Below, in pieces: positions 52,301-59,273 of a stretch of 59,273 nt of DNA. The notes under the pieces were generated by a model that saw nothing but the letters and a program-made list of their open reading frames with translations, was not told the DNA's origin and searched no databases. Within the stretch, counting starts at the first letter, position 1. Each line of letters opens with the position of its first letter. A program made the translations under genes and the position numbers. This DNA comes from Utricularia gibba. Lineage: Eukaryota > Plantae > Magnoliophyta. Where the stretch lies: positions 1 to 59,273 of the forward strand of contig NEEC01000194.1 of the NCBI GenBank assembly GCA_002189035.1, read 5' to 3'.

Positions 52301-55300
52301 AAGTTTTTTGCCGAGCTACAAATGACTATGGGCCCGAGCTCGACTCGACCCTTCTCGATACCGTTGCCCCACGAGAGCGCCTCCTCAGATATAAAGCATG
52401 CGGTTGAGAAAACCATTTTGGGTGCTCATGACATCCTAACTTCAATAAGTGCATCACGATTTTCGTCGAGTAGGACCCGATGTGGCAAAGGAGTCAGACC
52501 GAACTTGGGTCAGAACGAAGTTCACAACGACATCACCGCCAAAAACGACAAGCTTTTCCTTGAGAAACCATGTAGGCAGCCAATTAAAACCAACGTTAAG
52601 AAATGCATCAAGTTTTTTGCCGAGCTACAAATGACTATGGGCCCGAGCTCGACTCGACCCTTCTCGATACCGTTGCCCACGAGAGCGCCTCCTCAGATAT
52701 AAAGCATGCGGTTGAGAAAACCATTTTGGGTGCTCATGACATCCTAACTTCAATAAGTGCATCACGATTTTCGTCGAGTAGGACCCGATGTGGCAAAGGA
52801 GTCAGACCGAACCTTGGGTCAGAACGAAGTTCACAACGACATCACCCGCCAAAAACGACAAGCTTTTCCTTGAGAAACCATGTAGGCAGCCAATTAAAAC
52901 CCAACGTTAAGAAATGCATCAAGTTTTTTGCCGAGCTACAAATGACTATGGGCCCGAGCTCGACTCGACCTCTTCTCGACCGTTGCCCACGAGAGCGCCT
53001 CCTCAGATATAAAGCATGCGGTTGAGAAAACCATTTTGGGTGCTCATGACATCCTAACTTCAATAAGTGCATCACGATTTTCGTCGAGTAGGACCCGATG
53101 TGGAAAAAGGAGTCAGACCGAACCTTGGGTCAGAACGAAGTTCACAACGACATCACCCGCCCAAAAACGACAAGCTTTTCCTTGAGAAACCATGTAGGCA
53201 GCCAATTAAAACCCAACGTTAAGAAATGCATCAAGTTTTTTGCCGAGCTACAAATGACTATGGGCCCGAGCTCGACTCGACCCTGCTCGATACCGTTGCC
53301 CCACGAGAGCGCCTCAGATATAAAGCATGCGGTTGAGAAAACCATTTTGGGTGCTCATGACATCCTAACTTCAATAAGTGCATCACGATTTTCGTCGAGT
53401 AGGACCCGATGTGGCAAAGGAGTCAGACCGAACCTTGGGTCAGAACGAAGTTCACAACGACATCACCCGCCCAAAAAACGACAAGCTTTTCCTTGAGAAA
53501 CCATGTAGGCAGCCAATTAAAACCCAACGTTAAGAAATGCATCAAGTTTTTTGCCGAGCTACAAATGACTATGGGCCGAGCTCGACTCGACCCTGCTCGA
53601 TACCGTTGCCCACGAGAGCGCCTTATCAAATATAAAGCATGCGGTTGAGAAAACCATTTTGGGTGCTCATGACATCCTAACTTCAATAAGTGCATCACGA
53701 TTTTCGTCGAGTAGGACCGATGTGGCAAAGGAGTCAGACCGAACCTTGGGTCAGAACGAAGTTCACAACGACATCACCCGCCCAAAACGACAAGCTTTTC
53801 CTTGAGAAACCATGTAGGCAGCCAATTAAAACCCAACGTTAAGAAATGCATCAAGTTTTTTGCCGAGCTACAAATGACTATGGGCCCGAGCTCGACTCGA
53901 CCTCCTTCTCGATACCGTTGCCCCACGAGAGCGCCTCCTCAATATAAAGCATGCGGTTGAGAAAACCATTTTGGGTGCTTATGACATCCTAACTTCAATA
54001 AGTGCATCACGATTTTCGTCGAGTAGGACCCGATGTGGAAAAAGGAGTCAGACCGAACCTTGGTCAGAACGAAGTTCACAACGACATCACCCGCCCAAAA
54101 ACGACAAGCTTTTCCTTGAGAAACCATGTAGGCAGCCAATTAAAACCCAACGTTAAGAAATGCATCAAGTTTTTTGCCGAGCTACAAATGACTATGGGCC
54201 CGAGCTCGACTCGACCTCCTTCTCGATACCGTTGCCCCACGAGAGCGCCTCCTCAGATATAAAGCATGCGGTTGAGAAAACCATTTTGGGTGCTCATGAC
54301 ATCCTAACTTCAATAAGTGCATCACGATTTTCGTCGAGTAGGACCCGATGTGGCAAAGGAGTCAGACCGAACCTTGGGTCAGAACGAAGTTCACAACGAC
54401 ATCACCCGCCCAAACGACAAGCTTTTCCTTGAGAAACCATGTAGGCAGCCAATTAAAACCCAACGTTAAGAAATGCATCAAGTTTTTTGCCGAGCTACAA
54501 TGACTGGGCCCGAGCTCGACTCGACCTCCTTCTCGATACCGTTGCCCCACGAGAGCGCTCCTCAGATATAAAGCATGCGGTTGAGAAAACCATTTTGGGT
54601 GCTCATGACATCCTAACTTCAATAAGTGCATCACGATTTTCGTCGAGTAGGACCCGATGTGGCAAAGGAGTCAGACCGAACCTTGGGTCAGAACGAAGTT
54701 CAACGACATCACCCGCCCAAAAACGACAAGCTTTTCCTTGAGAAACCATGTAGGCAGCCAATTAAAACCCAACGTTAAAAAATGCATCAAGTTTTTTGCG
54801 AGCTACAAATGACTATGGGCCGAGCTCGACTCGACCTCCTTCTCGATACCGTTGCCCACGAGAGCGCCTCCTCAGATATAAAGCATGCGGTTGAGAAAAC
54901 CATTTTGGGTGCTCATGACATCCTAACTTCAATAAGTGCATCACGATTTTCGTCGAGTAGGACCCGATGTGGAAAAGGAGTCAGACCGAACCTTGGGTCA
55001 GAACGAAGTTCACAACGACATCACCCGCCCAAAAACGACAAGCTTTTCCTTGAGAAACCATGTAGGCAGCCAATTAAAACCCAACGTTAAGAAATGCATC
55101 AAGTTTTTTGCCGAGCTACAAATGACTATGGGCCCGAGCTCGACTCGACCTCCTGCTCGATACCGTTGCCCACGAGAGCGCCTTAGATATAAAGCATGCG
55201 GTTGAGAAAACCATTTTGGGTGCTCATGACATCCTAACTTCAATAAGTGCATCACGATTTTCGTCGAGTAGGACCCGATGTGGCAAAGGAGTCACCGAAC

Positions 55301-58300
55301 CTTGGGTCAGAACGAAGTTCACAACGACATCACCCGCCCAAAAACGACAAGCTTTTCCTTGAGAAACCATGTAGGCAGCCAATTAAAACCCAACGTTAAG
55401 AAATGCATCAAGTTTTTTGCGAGCTACAAATGACTATGGGCCCGAGCTCGACTCGACCCTTCTCGATACCGTTGCCCACGAGAGCGCCTCCTCAGATATA
55501 AAGCATGCGGTTGAGAAAACCATTTTGGGTGCTTATGACATCCTAACTTCAATAAGTGCATCACGATTTTCGTCGAGTAGGACCCGATGTGGCAAAAGGA
55601 GTCAGACCGAACCTTGGGTCAGAACGAAGTTCACAACGACATCACCCGCCCAAAAACGACAAGCTTTTCCTTGAGAAACCATGTAGGCAGCCAATTAAAA
55701 CCCAACGTTAAGAAATGCATCAAGTTTTTTGCCGAGCTACAAATGACTATGGGCCGAGCTCGACTCGACCTCCTGCTCGATACCGTTGCCCCACGAGAGC
55801 GCCTCCTCAAATATAAAGCATGCGGTTGAGAAAACCATTTTGGGTGCTCATGACATCCTAACTTCAATAAGTGCATCACGATTTTCGTCGAGTAGGACCC
55901 GATGTGGCAAAGGAGTCAGACCGAACCTTGGGTCAGAACGAAGTTCACAACGACATCACCGCCCAAAAACGACAAGCTTTTCCTTGAGAAACCATGTAGG
56001 CAGCCAATTAAAACCCAACGTTAAGAAATGCATCAAGTTTTTTGCGAGCTACAAATGACTATGGGCCCGAGCTCGACTCGACCTCCTTCTCGATACCGTT
56101 GCCCCACGAGAGCGCCTCCTCAGATATAAAGCATGCGGTTGAGAAAACCATTTTGGGTGCTTATGACATCCTAACTTCAATAAGTGCATCACGATTTTCG
56201 TCGAGTAGGACCCGATGTGGCAAAAGGAGTCAGACCGAACCTTGGGTCAGAACGAAGTTCACACGACATCACCCGCCCAAAAACGACAAGCTTTTCCTTG
56301 AGAAACCATGTAGGCAGCCAATTAAAACCCAACGTTAAGAAATGCATCAAGTTTTTTGCCGAGCTACAAATGACTATGGGCCCGAGCTCGACTCGACCAC
56401 CTGCTCGATACCGTTGCCCCACGAGAGCGCCTTATCAATATAAAGCATGCGGTTGAGAAAACCATTTTGGGTGCTCATGACATCCTAACTTCAATAAGTG
56501 CATCACGATTTTCGTCGAGTAGGACCCGATGTGGCAAAGGAGTCAGACCGAACCTTGGGTCAGAACGAAGTTCACAACGACATCACCCGCCCAAAACGAC
56601 AAGCTTTTCCTTGAGAAACCATGTAGGCAGCCAATTAAAACCCAACGTTAAGAAATGCATCAAGTTTTTTGCCGAGCTACAAATGACTATGGGCCCGAGC
56701 TCGACTCGACCTCCTTCTCGATACCGTTGCCCCACGAGAGCGCCTCCTCAATATAAAGCATGCGGTTGAGAAAACCATTTTGGGTGCTCATGACATCCTA
56801 ACTTCAATAAGTGCATCACGATTTTCGTCGAGTAGGACCCGATGTGGCAAAGGAGTCAGACCGAACCTTGGGTCAGAACGAAGTTCACAACGACATCACC
56901 GCCCAAAAACGACAAGCTTTTCCTTGAGAAACCATGTAGGCAGCCAATTAAAACCCAACGTTAAGAAATGCATCAAGTTTTTTGCCGAGCTACAAATGAC
57001 TATGGGCCCGAGCTCGACTCGACCTCCTTCTCGATACCGTTGCCCACGAGAGCGCCTCCTCAGATATAAAGCATGCGGTTGAGAAAACCATTTTGGGTGC
57101 TCATGACATCCTAACTTCAATAAGTGCATCACGATTTCGTCGAGTAGGACCCGATGTGGCAAAGGAGTCAGACCGAACCTTGGGTCAGAACGAAGTTCAC
57201 AACGACATCACCCGCCCAAAAACGACAAGCTTTTCCTTGAGAAACCATGTAGGCAGCCAATTAAAACCCAACGTTAAGAAATGCATCAAGTTTTTTGCGA
57301 GCCACAAATGACTATGGGCCGAGCTCGACTCGACAAACCGTTGCCCCGAGCGCCTTATCAAATATAAAGCATGCGGTTGAGAAAACCATTTTGGGTGCTC
57401 ATGACATCCTAACTTCAATAAGTGCATCACGATTTTCGTCGAGTAGGACCCGATGTGGCAAAGGAGTCAGACCGAACCTTGGGTCAGAACGAAGTTCACA
57501 ACGACATCACCCGCCCAAAAACGACAAGCTTTTCCTTGAAAAACCATGTAGGCAGCCAATTAAAACCCAACGTTAAGAAATGCATCAAGTTTTTGCGAGC
57601 TACAAATGACTATGGGCCCGAGCTCGACTCGACCTCCTTCTCGATACCGTTGCCCACGAGAGCGCCTCCTCAGATATAAAGCATGCGGTTGAGAAAACCA
57701 TTTTGGGTGCTCATGACATCCTAACTTCAATAAGTGCACGATTTCGTCGAGTAGGACCCGATGTGGAAAAGGAGTCAGACCGAACCTTGGGTCAGAACGA
57801 AGTTCACAACGACATCACCCGCCCAAAAACGACAAGCTTTTCCTTGAGAAACCATGTAGGCAGCCAATTAAAACCCAACGTTAAGAAATGCATCAAGTTT
57901 TTTGCCGAGCCACAAATGACTATGGGCCCGAGCTCGACTCGACCTCCTGCTCGATACCGTTGCCCCACGAGAGCGCTTATCAAATATAAAGCATGCGGTT
58001 GAGAAAACCATTTTGGGTGCTCATGACATCCTAACTTCAATAAGTGCATCACGATTTTCGTCGAGTAGGACCCGATGTGGCAAAGGAGTCAGACCGAACC
58101 TTGGGTCAGAACGAAGTTCACAACGACATCACCCGCCAAAAACGACAAGCTTTTCCTTGAGAAACCATGTAGGCAGCCAATTAAAACCCAACGTTAAGAA
58201 ATGCATCAAGTTTTTTGCCGAGCTACAAATGACTATGGGCCCGAGCTCGACTCGACCACCTGCTCGATACCGTTGCCCCACGAGAGCGCCTTATCAAATA

Positions 58301-59273
58301 TAAAGCATGCGGTTGAGAAAACCATTTTGGGTGCTCATGACATCCTAACTTCAATAAGTGCATCACGATTTTCGTCGAGTAGGACCCGATGTGGCAAAGG
58401 AGTCAGACCGAACCTTGGGTCAGAACGAAGTTCACAACGACATCACCCGCCCAAAAACGACAAGCTTTTCCTTGAGAAAACCATGTAGGCAGCCATTAAA
58501 ACCCAACGTTAATAAATGCATCAAGTTTTTGCCGAGCTACAAATGACTATGGGCCCGAGCTCGACTCGACCTCCTTCTCGATACCGTTGCCCCACGAGAG
58601 CGCTCCTCAATATAAAGCATGCGGTTGAGAAAACCATTTTGGGTGCTCATGAATCCTAACTTCAATAAGTGCATCACGATTTCGTCGAGTAGGACCCGAT
58701 GTGGAAAAAGGAGTCAGACCGAACCTTGGGTCAGAACGAAGTTCACAACGACATCACCCGCCCAAAAAACGACAAGCTTTTCCTTGAGAAACCATGTAGG
58801 CAGCCAATTAAAACCCACGTTAAGAAATGCATCAAGTTTTTTGCCGAGCCACAAATGACTATGGGCCCGAGCTCGACTCGACCACTGCTCGATACCGTTG
58901 CCCCACGAGAGCGCCTTATCAAATATAAAGCATGCGGTTGAGAAAACCATTTTGGGTGCTCATGACATCCTAACTTCAATAAGTGCATCACGATTTTCGT
59001 CGAGTAGGACCCGATGTGGCAAAGGAGTCAGACCGAACCTTGGGTCAGAACGAAGTTCACAACGACATCACCCGCCAAAAACGAAAAAGCTTTTCCTTGA
59101 AAAACCATGTAGGCAGCCATTAAAACCCAACGTTAATAAATGCATCATGTTTTTTGGGAGCTACAAATGACTATGGGCCCGAGCTCGACTCGACCTCCTT
59201 CTCGATACCGTTGCCCCACGAGAGCGCCTCCTCAGATATAAAGCATGCGGTTGAGAAAACCATTTTGGGTGCT

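Larger units (their letters stand above)
1..59273 (+). repeat. Tandem satellite DNA array, ~315-bp monomer, ~190 head-to-tail copies, single orientation; candidate Silene latifolia SacI/X43.1-type subtelomeric satellite (unverified)
   Basis: The AGGCAGCC anchor recurs at 1, 309, 617, 931, 1243 and 1557, and the same unit continues to the window end with no non-repeat sequence. The clean period is 315 bp (GGACCCGATG at 45901 and 46216). Hand count of 45901-46215: A94 T70 C84 G67 (~52% AT). SacI (GAGCTC) and HindIII (AAGCTT) sites occur in most monomers. The confidence value refers to the satellite call; the family identity comes from memory and is much less certain. Confidence 0.99.
42434..59273 (+). 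repeat. Homogeneous E subfamily domain (~54 monomers) with E1/E2 dimer-trimer alternation
   Basis: Near-fixed diagnostics: AATAAGTGC (vs AATAACTGC), GTTAAGAAATGC (vs GTTAATAAATGC), GCAGCCAATT, CATGACATCC, TTCACAACG. The first AATAAGTGC has its G at 42434 and the first AAGAAATGC has its G at 42589. Confidence 0.93.

Noticed and set aside
241-59170. All ORFs in the six-frame track as protein-coding genes, including the 244-aa ORF at 48228-48962 and the 206-207-aa ORFs at 10231 and 17932
   Set aside because: They are the same few repeat-derived peptides. The longer ones arise where indels switch frames and skip stops. There is no recognisable domain and frame is not conserved between copies.
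1-59273. CRISPR-like repeat-spacer array (invariant box separated by variable sequence)
   Set aside because: The intervening ~270 bp are homologous repeat copies rather than unique spacers, the period is far too long, and there are no cas genes.
1-59273. 5S rDNA or other tandem RNA gene array (similar unit length)
   Set aside because: I recognise no 5S rRNA, tRNA or snRNA sequence or internal Pol III A/C/B boxes on either strand.

Overview
The whole 59,273-bp window is one uninterrupted head-to-tail tandem satellite array of about 190 monomers. The clean monomer is 315 bp (e.g. 45901-46215) and about 48% GC by hand count; many copies are 305-314 bp through small deletions. All copies have the same orientation. 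I see no genes, RNA genes, transposon insertions, CRISPR arrays or telomere tracts. Every ORF in the track is a repeat-derived reading frame. Monomer length, AT content and a SacI site (GAGCTC) in most monomers fit my recollection of the Silene latifolia subtelomeric SacI/X43.1 satellite, but this is unverified and needs a BLAST search. The interest is in the array architecture. (1) The monomer is a hidden, ancient dimer of 157+158-bp subunits. (2) Diagnostic variants define monomer classes, which I call A, B, C, X, D and E. These form a ~2.47-kb 8-mer higher-order repeat (HOR) at 3.7-18.5 kb, 2-4-mers around a D-B core at 18.5-29.6 kb, and mostly 5-mers at 29.6-42.3 kb. (3) Within a ~90-bp interval at 42.34-42.43 kb the array switches abruptly to a much more homogeneous subfamily (E) that is forming its own dimer/trimer pattern. 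Deletion-biased homopolymer noise and mosaic monomers suggest long-read consensus error, so fine detail needs raw-read validation. I found no support for a novel protein-coding system.
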